Assembly (NCBI GenBank): GCA_020049465.1 | Contig: JAIFKS010000046.1 | Coordinates: 3,044 to 67,043, forward strand | Direction of reading: 5' to 3' | Source of the DNA: a bacterium | GTDB lineage: Bacteria; Krumholzibacteriota; Krumholzibacteriia; LZORAL124-64-63 | DNA: 64,000 bases | In this document: positions 27,769 through 36,172 of the stretch, in pieces | How positions within the stretch are numbered: position 1 is the stretch's first letter | How the letters are laid out: every line of letters starts with the position of its first letter | Notes under the pieces: generated by a model | The model's input: the letters and a program-made list of their open reading frames with translations, nothing else | Database searches by the model: none | Told to the model about the DNA's origin: nothing | Translations under genes and position numbers: made by a program

Positions 27769-28685
27769 GCCCCAGCCTCCGTGTCCTGCGCCAGCAGGGC
27801 CCCGAGCGTGCTTTCGTAGAACTGCACCAGGCGGGTCAGGCTCTTCTCCGACACCGGCACCAGCGGCAGGCGCGGGTCACGGCGGCACAGCCCCGCCAAC
27901 GACAGCAGTTCTTTCACCGGGACCGGGTTCGTTTCCACGAAACAGGCCGCGCAGACAGGGTCGAGCGTGCGTGCCAGGGGCCAGGCGCGGTTGAGGTCGC
28001 CGGCGGCGAAACGGTTCCACATGCGCGTCAGCGTGCCGGGCAGCAGGTTGCTCACGACGCTGATGGCGCCCGCGCCGCCCAGGCCGAAAACGCTGAAATT
28101 CAGGCCGTCATCGCCGGAGTAGACTTTCAGATCGCAGCGGGCGATGGCCTCCTCGATCTGCGCGAGGTTCCCGCTCGCCTCCTTGAGGGCGACGATGTTC
28201 GGTTCGGCGGCCAACTGGGCCACGGTTTCCGGCAGGATGTTGACGGCGGTCCGTCCGGGCACGTTGTAGATCACCTGCGGGATGTCGACGGAGCGCGCGA
28301 TGGCGCGGTAGTGCGCCAGCAGACCGGCCTGCTGCGGCTTGTTGTAATAGGGCGAGATCAGCATGGCGGCGTCGGCGCCCCAGATCTTCACGTCGCGCGT
28401 CTGCGCGATCGACTCGCGGGTGCAGTTGGAACCGGATCCGGCCACCACCGCGCAACGCCCGGCGCAGACCTCGACCGCGGAGCGCACCAGCCACTCACGC
28501 TCGTCGCGGCTGAGCACGGCCGCTTCGCCGGTGCAGCCGACCGGAACCACCCCGGCCACGCCCCCGTCGACCTGCCGTTGCACCAGCCGGCGCCAGGCGG
28601 CGCGGTCGACCGCGCCGTCGGCGGTGAAGGGGGTGACCAGCGCGGTGTAGATCCCGTCCGGCATCACCCAGGTCTTGTCAGCCAT
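27765..28685 (-). CDS. dapA: 4-hydroxy-tetrahydrodipicolinate synthase
   Basis: TALVTPF, GCTGE, PYYNKP, YNVPGRT, KEASG, ETNPVPVK. Confidence 0.95.
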   Translation of the reverse strand: MADKTWVMPDGIYTALVTPFTADGAVDRAAWRRLVQRQVDGGVAGVVPVGCTGEAAVLSRDEREWLVRSAVEVCAGRCAVVAGSGSNCTRESIAQTRDVKIWGADAAMLISPYYNKPQQAGLLAHYRAIARSVDIPQVIYNVPGRTAVNILPETVAQLAAEPNIVALKEASGNLAQIEEAIARCDLKVYSGDDGLNFSVFGLGGAGAISVVSNLLPGTLTRMWNRFAAGDLNRAWPLARTLDPVCAACFVETNPVPVKELLSLAGLCRRDPRLPLVPVSEKSLTRLVQFYESTLGALLAQDTEAGA

Positions 28686-29520
28686 CGAACGCCACCTCGC
28701 CTTCGAATGCCACCAGCGCCGGACCGCGCAGGCGCAGCGCGCCCTTTTCGCGATCCACCGAGACGGCCAGCAGGTCCCCGCCCCGTGTGTCCAGGCGGAC
28801 CGGGCTCACCCCCCGTTCCAGGGCGCACAGTATCACGGCGCTCGCCGAGGCGCCAGTGCCGCAGGCCAGCGTCTCGGCCTCGACGCCGCGCTCAAAGGTG
28901 CGGATGCGCCAGGCGCCCGCGGGGCCGTCCGGCGAGACCCAGTTCACGTTGGTGCCGGCGGCGCCGAAGCGCGCGTGGCGCCTCAGGACGGGGCCCCACA
29001 GGGGCAGGTCGACGTGGTCGACGTTCTCCACCGGGATGACCAGGTGCGGCACGCCCGTGTTGCAGGAAGCCTGCAGCGTCCACGGCGTGTCGGCCAACCC
29101 GACGGACAGATCCAGATCGCGCCAGGCCGGCAGCGTGATCTCGATGTCACCGGCCCCGTGCACCCAGCCGTCGAGCACGCCCGACCAGGTGTCGAAACGG
29201 CAGGCCTTGTCCGCGAGTCCCAGTCGGTGCGCATGGGCGACACTGCAGCGGGCGCCGTTGCCGCACATCTCCGCTTCGCCGCCGTCGGAATTGAAATAAG
29301 TCATGCGGAACGCGGCACCCGGCGAAGAACCGGGGCCGATGATGATCAGGCCGTCGGCCCCGACGCCCTTGCGGCGGTCGCACAGGGCGGCGATGCGCGC
29401 CCGATCGAGGCGGCCTTCGAGTCCGCGCGCGGACAACTCGCGGTGGTTGACCATGATGAAGTCGTTGCCGGCGCCGTGCATCTTCACGAACGGCAGGCGG
29501 TCGCAAGCGGCGGGGGTCAT
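28678..29520 (-). CDS. dapF: Diaminopimelate epimerase
   Basis: KMHGAGNDF, EMCGNGARC, TGVPH, ERGVEAETLACGTG; ATG 29520 after AAGGAGG. Confidence 0.96.
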   Translation of the reverse strand: MTPAACDRLPFVKMHGAGNDFIMVNHRELSARGLEGRLDRARIAALCDRRKGVGADGLIIIGPGSSPGAAFRMTYFNSDGGEAEMCGNGARCSVAHAHRLGLADKACRFDTWSGVLDGWVHGAGDIEITLPAWRDLDLSVGLADTPWTLQASCNTGVPHLVIPVENVDHVDLPLWGPVLRRHARFGAAGTNVNWVSPDGPAGAWRIRTFERGVEAETLACGTGASASAVILCALERGVSPVRLDTRGGDLLAVSVDREKGALRLRGPALVAFEGEVAFDG

Positions 29521-30791
29521 CGGGCCTCCTTGGGGGTCGCGGTGCTGTCGGCGGGCGCGGCTGAGCCTGCCAGGCTGTCGGGCAGCGTCCAGGCCGTCAG
29601 CCCGGGGGGCGTCATCGGCACGATCATCTCGACTTCCAGACCAGGCGGCACCACCAGGTTCTCGACCAGCCACCACGGCTCCAGATAGGCGGGCGACTTC
29701 AGCGTGTCGGGCCAGGAAGCGGCCGCCGCCAACGGTTGCAGGAGTTCCGCCGGTACACCGCCGAACAGGCTGTCGCCGTCGACATCAGCGAAGACCACGA
29801 CCCGGACGGATCCGGACGGCACCTTCTCCAGCTTCACGCCCGAGTCCGGGTCCAGCGCGCCCGGCTTCGGCCCGCGGGCGGTTCCCGGCCCGGGCACCCA
29901 GCCGGTGTCGCCTTCGGCCACGGTCATTGCCCAGGCATACCAGCTTCCGTTCCAGCCGCGGCGGTCGAACGGCGGCACCCGCAGCAGTCCGGGCGTGCCA
30001 TGGGCGTGGATGGTCAGGACGCCGGCGCCCAGGTCGGGCCGTTCGATCGTCAGCGACAGCGTGTCCGGCAGCAGACGCTGGGCTTCGCGCTCGCCCGCGC
30101 GCAGGTTCGCGTCGCCGTCGCTGAACGCTCGCACGAGCCACGGGCCGCCGGGGACCGGCAGCCACTCGAACGACCAGTGCCCGGTACGGTCGGTGACGGC
30201 CCGGCGCAGCAGGGGCCGCTGGAAATACTCCAGCGAATCGGGAGCCAGCGGGAACAGTTCGACGACGCCGTTGGTCACGGCGGAGTCGCCCATGACCAGC
30301 GCGCCGGTCAGGCGTCCGCCCGGTATCGCGGCGCCTGTCGCCAGCGGGAAGCGCCGACTCTCCCGCGACTTCACCTTGTGGGCATCCTGGAGCGCGGTGG
30401 CGATCTCCACCACCACCACGGTGTCGGCCGGCAGCGGATCGAAGAGTTCGACTTCGGCCTCGCGGGCACCGTGCCACTTCGTGCTGCGGATGCGTTGCGG
30501 CGGATACAAGTGCAGCCAGCCTTCGGCCGGCTGCCGCGTCATCTTCTCGGTGAAGCCCAGTCGCAGCGTCCGCACTTCGCCCAGCGCCACGGAACCGGAG
30601 TCGGGGCTGACCGTCGCCAACCGCGGCGCCGTCAGGTCCGGCGGGCCGCCGGGCGGCGCCTCGACCACGGCGCAGGCTCCCAGCGCAAGGCAGATCAGCG
30701 CGAATAAGGCCGACAGCGCCCGCGCAAGCGTACGGCCGCGGACCGGGGCTCCCCCGGTCCGCGGCGTTCCCTGATACCGCCGGTTCTTCAC
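29517..30791 (-). CDS. Lipoprotein with Ig-like (Big_5-type) domain
   Basis: Lipobox LGAC followed by PPGGPPDLTAP..., F.EKM; beta-rich; start uncertain. Confidence 0.7.
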   Translation of the reverse strand: MKNRRYQGTPRTGGAPVRGRTLARALSALFALICLALGACAVVEAPPGGPPDLTAPRLATVSPDSGSVALGEVRTLRLGFTEKMTRQPAEGWLHLYPPQRIRSTKWHGAREAEVELFDPLPADTVVVVEIATALQDAHKVKSRESRRFPLATGAAIPGGRLTGALVMGDSAVTNGVVELFPLAPDSLEYFQRPLLRRAVTDRTGHWSFEWLPVPGGPWLVRAFSDGDANLRAGEREAQRLLPDTLSLTIERPDLGAGVLTIHAHGTPGLLRVPPFDRRGWNGSWYAWAMTVAEGDTGWVPGPGTARGPKPGALDPDSGVKLEKVPSGSVRVVVFADVDGDSLFGGVPAELLQPLAAAASWPDTLKSPAYLEPWWLVENLVVPPGLEVEMIVPMTPPGLTAWTLPDSLAGSAAPADSTATPKEAR

Positions 30792-30795
30792 GCGC

Positions 30796-31710
30796 CTACC
30801 GGATGAGCGTCGCCAGGATGGCGCGCTGGGCATGCAACCGGTTCTCGGCTTCGTCGAACACGACCGAGTGCGGGCCGTCCATCACCTCGTCGGTGATCTC
30901 CTCGCCGCGGTGGGCCGGCAGGCAGTGCAGCACGATGTGCTTGGGATCCGCTGCCTTGAGCAGCGGCGCCGAGATCTGGAAGGCGGCGAAGTCTGCCCGG
31001 CGCTTCACGGCTTCCTCTTCCTGCCCCATGCTGTAGAACGCGTCGCCGTAGATCACGTGCGCGCCTTCGACAGCTTCCTGCGGGTCGTTCGTGATGCAGA
31101 ACGAGGCGCCGGCCGCTTCGGCCTTGGCCACGATGGCCTCGTTCGGCTCGTAGCCCTTCGGGCAGGCCAGGATGAAGTTGAATGGGAAGCGGATCGCGGC
31201 GTTGAGCCAGCTGACGGCCAGGTTGTTGCCGTCGCCGACCATGACCACGTTCTTGCCCTCGATGGTGCCGAGGTGTTCCTCGATCGTCAGGATGTCGGCC
31301 ATCACCTGGCAGGGGTGGTTCAGGTCGGTCAGTCCGTTGATGACCGGCACGTCGGCATGCTTCGCGAGCTCGACGACCTCGTTGTGGTCGAACCAGCGGA
31401 TCATGATGCCGTCGCAGAAGCGGCTCATCACCTTCGCCACGTCGTAGACGGACTCGCGCGTGCCCATGCCGATTTCCTTGTCGGTGATGAACATGGTCTG
31501 GCCGCCGAGCTGCCGGAACGCCACCTCGAAGCTGACCCTGGTGCGCAGGCTGGGCTTGGCGAAGACGCAGGCCAGCACCCGATTGGTGTGCGTGTGCGGC
31601 AGCGTGTGTGCGCGCGCCAGCGGCTTGGTCTGTTTCGCCAGGTCCAGGATGGCCCGCAGTTCGGGCAGTGTGTAGTCGTCGATGGCCAGGAAATCCCGCT
31701 TGTCCGCCAC
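30796..31710 (-). CDS. argF: Ornithine carbamoyltransferase
   Basis: SLRTRVSFE, HPCQ, GDGNN, DAFYSMG, HCLPAHRGEE, AENRLH; GTG after AAAGGAG. Confidence 0.93.
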   Translation of the reverse strand: MADKRDFLAIDDYTLPELRAILDLAKQTKPLARAHTLPHTHTNRVLACVFAKPSLRTRVSFEVAFRQLGGQTMFITDKEIGMGTRESVYDVAKVMSRFCDGIMIRWFDHNEVVELAKHADVPVINGLTDLNHPCQVMADILTIEEHLGTIEGKNVVMVGDGNNLAVSWLNAAIRFPFNFILACPKGYEPNEAIVAKAEAAGASFCITNDPQEAVEGAHVIYGDAFYSMGQEEEAVKRRADFAAFQISAPLLKAADPKHIVLHCLPAHRGEEITDEVMDGPHSVVFDEAENRLHAQRAILATLIR

Positions 31711-31833
31711 GTCCCGCTCCTTTGCATGAATGATCCGGTCGCCGGCCCTGCCGGCGTCGCGAAAAATAGCCGTTCGGCGCGCCGCGTCCAACCCGCATTG
31801 CCGCCGCGGGCGCGGGCCCCGTCGATCCCGCCG

Positions 31834-33192
31834 CTAAAGGATGTACTTCGTCAGGTCCTCGTCCTTGACGATGGCGCCGAGCCGCTCGCGCACGAAGGCG
31901 CCGTCGATCGCCAGATCGCCCCGGTGGGAATCCGGCACCTCGAACAGCACGTCGTCCAGGAGCTGCGCCATGATGGTCTGCAGGCGCCGGGCGCCGATGT
32001 TCTCCATCCGCCGGTTCAGCTCGGCGGCCAGCCCCGCCAGTTCGTCCATGGCGTCCTCGGTCACGGTGAGCCGGCAGCCGTCCACTTCGAGCAGCGCCTG
32101 GTACTGCCGGATCAGCGAACCCTCGGTGTCGCGCAGGATCCGCAGGAAGTCCCCGCGGTCCAGGCTCTGCAACTCGACCCGGATCGGGAACCGGCCCTGC
32201 AGTTCGGGGATCAGGTCGCTCGGCTTGCTCATGTGGAAGGCGCCCGCGGCGATGAACAGGACATGGTCGGTCTTGACGGGCCCGTACTTGGTGCTGACGG
32301 TCGAGCCTTCGACGATCGGCAGCAGGTCGCGCTGCACGCCTTCGCGGCTGACGTCCGGCCCACCGCCGTGGCCGCGGCCGCCGGCGATCTTGTCGATCTC
32401 GTCCAGGAAGATGATGCCGCCGTTCTCCACCAGTTCGACCGCTTCCAGGTTGATCTGGTCGGCGTCCAGGCGCTTGTCGGCCTCCTGCTCGCGCAGCAGC
32501 TTGCGGGCCTTGATCACCGGCACGCGGCGCTCGGTCTTCTGCCGCGGGAACATGCCGCGCAGGCTTTCGCCGATCGAGGCGTCGAACTCCTCGCCCGCGG
32601 AAGTGAAGATGTTCGCCAGAGGCACGCGCTGCTGTTCGCTGGAGACGGTCACCTCGCGGTCGTCCAGCACGCCCTCCCGCAGCTGTGCTCGGATCTTCTC
32701 GCGGCTGCGGTCCCAACGCGCCTGACGTTCCGGATCGTCCTTCAGGCCGGCCAGCGGCGGAAACAGGATGTCCACCAGCTGTTCCTCGACCGCGGCGTCG
32801 ATCTCGTCGGTGTGCCGCGCCTCGGCCCGCCGCCTGACCAGGGCGATGCCGGCTTCGACCAGGTCGCGGACCATCGCGTCGACGTCGCGCCCGACATAGC
32901 CCTTTTCGGTGAACTTGGTCGCTTCGACCTTGATGAACGGCAGGTCCGCCAGCTGAGACAGCCGCCGGGCGATCTCGGTCTTGCCCACCCCGGTCGGCCC
33001 GATCAGGATGATGTTGTTCGGCGCCACTTCACGCCGCAGGGCGGGCGGCAGCTGCATCCGGCGCCAGCGGTTGCGCAGGGCGATGGCGACGGCCTTCTTC
33101 GCCGCCGCCTGCCCGATGATGTAGCGGTCGAGCATGGCGACCGTCTGCGCGCAGGTCCACATCGAGGTGTGTTCAATCTGCCGGATCTGCAT
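31834..33192 (-). CDS. hslU: HslU ATPase
   Basis: YIIGQ..AKKAVAIALRNRWRR, GPTGVGKTE, DEIDKI, GYVG, ELQGRFPIRVEL, ENIGARRL, DLTKYIL. Confidence 0.97.
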   Translation of the reverse strand: MQIRQIEHTSMWTCAQTVAMLDRYIIGQAAAKKAVAIALRNRWRRMQLPPALRREVAPNNIILIGPTGVGKTEIARRLSQLADLPFIKVEATKFTEKGYVGRDVDAMVRDLVEAGIALVRRRAEARHTDEIDAAVEEQLVDILFPPLAGLKDDPERQARWDRSREKIRAQLREGVLDDREVTVSSEQQRVPLANIFTSAGEEFDASIGESLRGMFPRQKTERRVPVIKARKLLREQEADKRLDADQINLEAVELVENGGIIFLDEIDKIAGGRGHGGGPDVSREGVQRDLLPIVEGSTVSTKYGPVKTDHVLFIAAGAFHMSKPSDLIPELQGRFPIRVELQSLDRGDFLRILRDTEGSLIRQYQALLEVDGCRLTVTEDAMDELAGLAAELNRRMENIGARRLQTIMAQLLDDVLFEVPDSHRGDLAIDGAFVRERLGAIVKDEDLTKYIL

Positions 33193-33742
33193 GGGCCGCG
33201 CCGCCTCCCGTCTCGAGTTCCAGGACCGTCAGATTCGTGTTCGTGTAGATGCAGATCTCTCCGGCGATCTGCAGCGACTCGCGGCAGATCTCGACCGCCG
33301 ACAGGTCGGAGCGGCGCCGCAGCGCGCGGGCGGCGGCCAGTGCGTAGGCCCCCCCGGAACCGATGGCCGCCAACTGGTCATCGGCCTCGATGATGTCGCC
33401 GCCGCCGGACACCGTGTAGATGTCGTTGCGGTCCATGACCACCATCATCGCTTCCAGCCGTCGCAGGACGCGGTCGCTGCGCCATTCGCGGGCCATCTCG
33501 ACGGTGGCGCGCTTGAGGTGGCCGTTGTAGCGCTCGAGGTGCCCTTCGAACTTCTCGAAGAGCGCAAAGGCGTCGGCCGCACCGCCGGCGAAGCCGACCA
33601 GCACCTTGCCGCCGGACAGGGCGCGCACCTTGACGGCGCCGTGCTTGACCGCCGTGTTGCCGAGCGTGACCTGCCCGTCGCTGCCGATGGCTCCGCGACC
33701 GTCGCGCAACACCGCCAGCACGGTTGTCGAACGGATCTTCAT
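33173..33742 (-). CDS. hslV: HslV protease subunit
   Basis: STTVLAV (catalytic Thr), DGQVTLG, GFAG..ADA, IGSGG.YA, ICIYTN. Confidence 0.97.
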   Translation of the reverse strand: MKIRSTTVLAVLRDGRGAIGSDGQVTLGNTAVKHGAVKVRALSGGKVLVGFAGGAADAFALFEKFEGHLERYNGHLKRATVEMAREWRSDRVLRRLEAMMVVMDRNDIYTVSGGGDIIEADDQLAAIGSGGAYALAAARALRRRSDLSAVEICRESLQIAGEICIYTNTNLTVLELETGGGAAHADPAD

Positions 33743-33763
33743 GGATTCCTTCCGGGCCGCGGC

Positions 33764-34732
33764 TCAGACGTCGCGGCGGGTACGGGTGCGGGCGCGCGGA
33801 TGGGCGGCTTCGAAGCTCGCCCGCAGCCGGCTGCGGCCCAGGTGGGTGTAGATCTGCGTGGTCGACAGGTGTCGGTGCCCCAGCAATTCCTGCACGACGC
33901 GGATGCCCGCCCCGCCGTCCAGCAGATGCGTGGCGAAACTGTGGCGCAGCGTATGTGGGGAAACCCCGGCCACCTGCGCCAGTTCCCCGGCGTAGCGCGC
34001 CACCAGCGCCTGCACCGTGCGATGGGCGATGCGGTGTCCGGGCCTGCCCTCGAACACCGGGCGTGCGGCGGCGGCACGGCCGGGCGCGCCGTCGCGCACA
34101 TCCTGCCAGTCGCCCGGCTCGAGGGTTCCCCCGAGATGGAGCGCCAGAGCGTCGGCGGCGCAGCCGGCCAGCGGCAGCACGCGCTCGCGATTGCCCTTGC
34201 CCAGAACGCGGACCCGGCCTTCGGGGAAATCGAGGTCGCCCAGGCTCAGACCCGTGACTTCGGCCAGCCGCAGCCCGAGCCCGTAGATGACCTCGAGCAG
34301 CGCGCGGTCGCGGCGCCCGCGTGGCGTGGCGGCATCGGGCATTTCCAGGAGCCGGGCGGTCAATTCGACGTTCAGGTCGTGCGGCAGTTCGCGACGGCGG
34401 CCGCCGCGACCCACGCTGAGATTGCCGGGCACCTCCGCGACCTGCGAGGTGAGCTTAAGGTAGCGGTAGAAGGAACGGATCGCCGCCAGGTGCCGGTCCA
34501 GCGTGCTGGGCTTGCAGCCGCGCTTCCGCAGTGCGGCCAGATGGGTGCGGATCAGGTCGCGCTGCCCTGCCAGCCGGCTCCATTGCGGACGCCCGGCCGG
34601 CTCGGTCAGAAGCCCCGCCTGCACCGCCGTCGCCAGGAAATCGTGGATGTCACGAGAGTAGGAGGACACCGTGCGCGGGCTCAGTCCCCGCTCGATGCCG
34701 AGATGATCCAGGTATGGTTGCAGTGGATCCAT
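33764..34732 (-). CDS. xerC: Tyrosine recombinase XerC
   Basis: RDRALLE.IYG.GLR..E, GKGNRER, HTLRHSFATHLL, LGH..LSTTQIYTH; topA-trmFO-xerC-hslVU order. Confidence 0.88.
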   Translation of the reverse strand: MDPLQPYLDHLGIERGLSPRTVSSYSRDIHDFLATAVQAGLLTEPAGRPQWSRLAGQRDLIRTHLAALRKRGCKPSTLDRHLAAIRSFYRYLKLTSQVAEVPGNLSVGRGGRRRELPHDLNVELTARLLEMPDAATPRGRRDRALLEVIYGLGLRLAEVTGLSLGDLDFPEGRVRVLGKGNRERVLPLAGCAADALALHLGGTLEPGDWQDVRDGAPGRAAAARPVFEGRPGHRIAHRTVQALVARYAGELAQVAGVSPHTLRHSFATHLLDGGAGIRVVQELLGHRHLSTTQIYTHLGRSRLRASFEAAHPRARTRTRRDV

Positions 34733-34778
34733 GGCCCAGGGTCCTTCCCGGTCCTTCGCTGTCTCGGGCTTCCGGAGG

Positions 34779-34807
34779 ACCGTATCACCGGCCGCGAAAG
34801 CTGGCAA
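34779..34807 (-). promoter_or_regulatory. Putative sigma-70 promoter of xerC-hslV-hslU
   Basis: TTGCCA-17 nt-TACGGT with TGn before the -10. Confidence 0.5.
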
Positions 34808-34822
34808 GCGGGGCAAGGGAGT

Positions 34823-36172
34823 TCAGTCCCGGAGCAGGTCTTCCACCGACGGACACCGCAGCCATTCCCCCAGCTCGCGCCTGGCCAGTTCGCCGCGGGC
34901 GAGCTTGCGCTCCAGCTTGCCGCGCACCGGAACCGGCAGGTCGGGCAACAGCCCGAAATTCGCGTTCATCGGCGTCAGCCGTTCGCTGGTGACGTCGAAC
35001 AGGAAATTCCCCAGGAGCGATCCGCAGATCGTGGTGGGCGGCAGCGGCGGCAGGTCCAGGCCCCGCAGCCGGGCTGCCGCGGACCAGGCGGTGAACAGTC
35101 CCGAGGCGATCGACTCGACGTAACCTTCGACCCCGGTCATCTGTCCGGCCACCAGCACGTCGGGGCGCCCCTTCAACGAAAAGTCCTTTTCGCAGCAGCG
35201 GGGCGTGTCGAGGTAGAAATTGCGGTGCAGTTGGCCGTAGCGCACGAACTCGGCGTTCTCCAGGCCGGGTATCAGCCGCAGCACGCGCTTCTGCTCGGCC
35301 TGCCGCAGCCGCGTCTGGAATCCGACCAGGCCGTAGAGCGTGCCCTCGCGGTTCTCCTGCCGCAGTTGCACGACCGCGTGCGGCCACTTGCCGCCGGTCC
35401 GCGGATCGGCCAGCCCGACCGGGCGCAGCGGTCCGAAGGCCAGCGAACGCGGCCCGGAGGCGGCGATCTCCTCGATGGGCTGGCAGCCGGCGAAGAGTTC
35501 GCCGCGATCGAAGGCGTGCACGTCGGCCTTCTCAGCCGCCAGCAGTTCGCGATGCAGCGTCTCGTACTGGTCGCGGTCGAGCGCCGCGTTGAGGTAGTCG
35601 GCGTCGCCCCGCCCGTAGCGGGCGGCGCGGTAGAGCGTCGACAGATCCAGCGATTCGAGCGTGACGGTCGGGGCGATCGCGTCGAAAAAGTGCAGCGCCG
35701 GTCTTCCGGTCAGCCGCCCCAGTTCGTCGATCAGCGCGGCCGAGGTGAGCGGACCGCTCGCCACCAGCCAGAGGTGGCCGTCCCGCTTTGGCAGCGATTC
35801 CACCGGCCCGCGTTCGACCGCGACGCCGGCCGCCGCCAGACGCGCGGCGACTTCCGCCGAGAACGCCTCGCGGTCGACCGCCAGCGCGCTCCCGGCCGGC
35901 ACCGCGCAGGCGCGGGCGGCGTCCAGCAGGCGGCAGCCCATCGCGTCCAGTTCCTGCTTGAGCAGGCCGCTGGCCGTGGACGGTTCGACGCTCTTGAGGG
36001 AATTGCTGCAGACGATCTGGGCCAGGCCGTCGCCGCGGTGGATGGGCGTGGGCGTCACCGGGCGCATCTCGATCAGCCGGACCGGCACCTGCAAACGCGC
36101 CAACTGGAGCGCCGCTTCGCAGCCCGCCAGCCCGCCGCCGACCACGGTCACAGCCGGCTGCGGGGGCATCAC
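34823..36172 (-). CDS. trmFO: Folate/FAD-dependent tRNA (uracil-54) methyltransferase
   Basis: GGGLAGCEAA, EMRP, VCSNS, ALAVDR, FFDAIAP, FGPLRPVGL, GQMTGVEGY. Confidence 0.96.
   Translation of the reverse strand: MMPPQPAVTVVGGGLAGCEAALQLARLQVPVRLIEMRPVTPTPIHRGDGLAQIVCSNSLKSVEPSTASGLLKQELDAMGCRLLDAARACAVPAGSALAVDREAFSAEVAARLAAAGVAVERGPVESLPKRDGHLWLVASGPLTSAALIDELGRLTGRPALHFFDAIAPTVTLESLDLSTLYRAARYGRGDADYLNAALDRDQYETLHRELLAAEKADVHAFDRGELFAGCQPIEEIAASGPRSLAFGPLRPVGLADPRTGGKWPHAVVQLRQENREGTLYGLVGFQTRLRQAEQKRVLRLIPGLENAEFVRYGQLHRNFYLDTPRCCEKDFSLKGRPDVLVAGQMTGVEGYVESIASGLFTAWSAAARLRGLDLPPLPPTTICGSLLGNFLFDVTSERLTPMNANFGLLPDLPVPVRGKLERKLARGELARRELGEWLRCPSVEDLLRD

Noticed and set aside
30796-31710. 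SLRT instead of STRT suggesting an N-acetyl- or N-succinyl-ornithine transcarbamylase
   Set aside because: DxxxSMG and HCLPAHRGEE are the canonical OTCase motifs
31720-31740. ARG box upstream of argF (TTGCATGAATGATCCG)
   Set aside because: Only one good half-site, and the spacing does not fit TGMAT-N4-ATKCA
23738-34732. Two tyrosine recombinases as evidence of a prophage or island
   Set aside because: Size, motifs and housekeeping context identify them as chromosomal XerD and XerC; no att sites or cargo, and no dif-like site recognised
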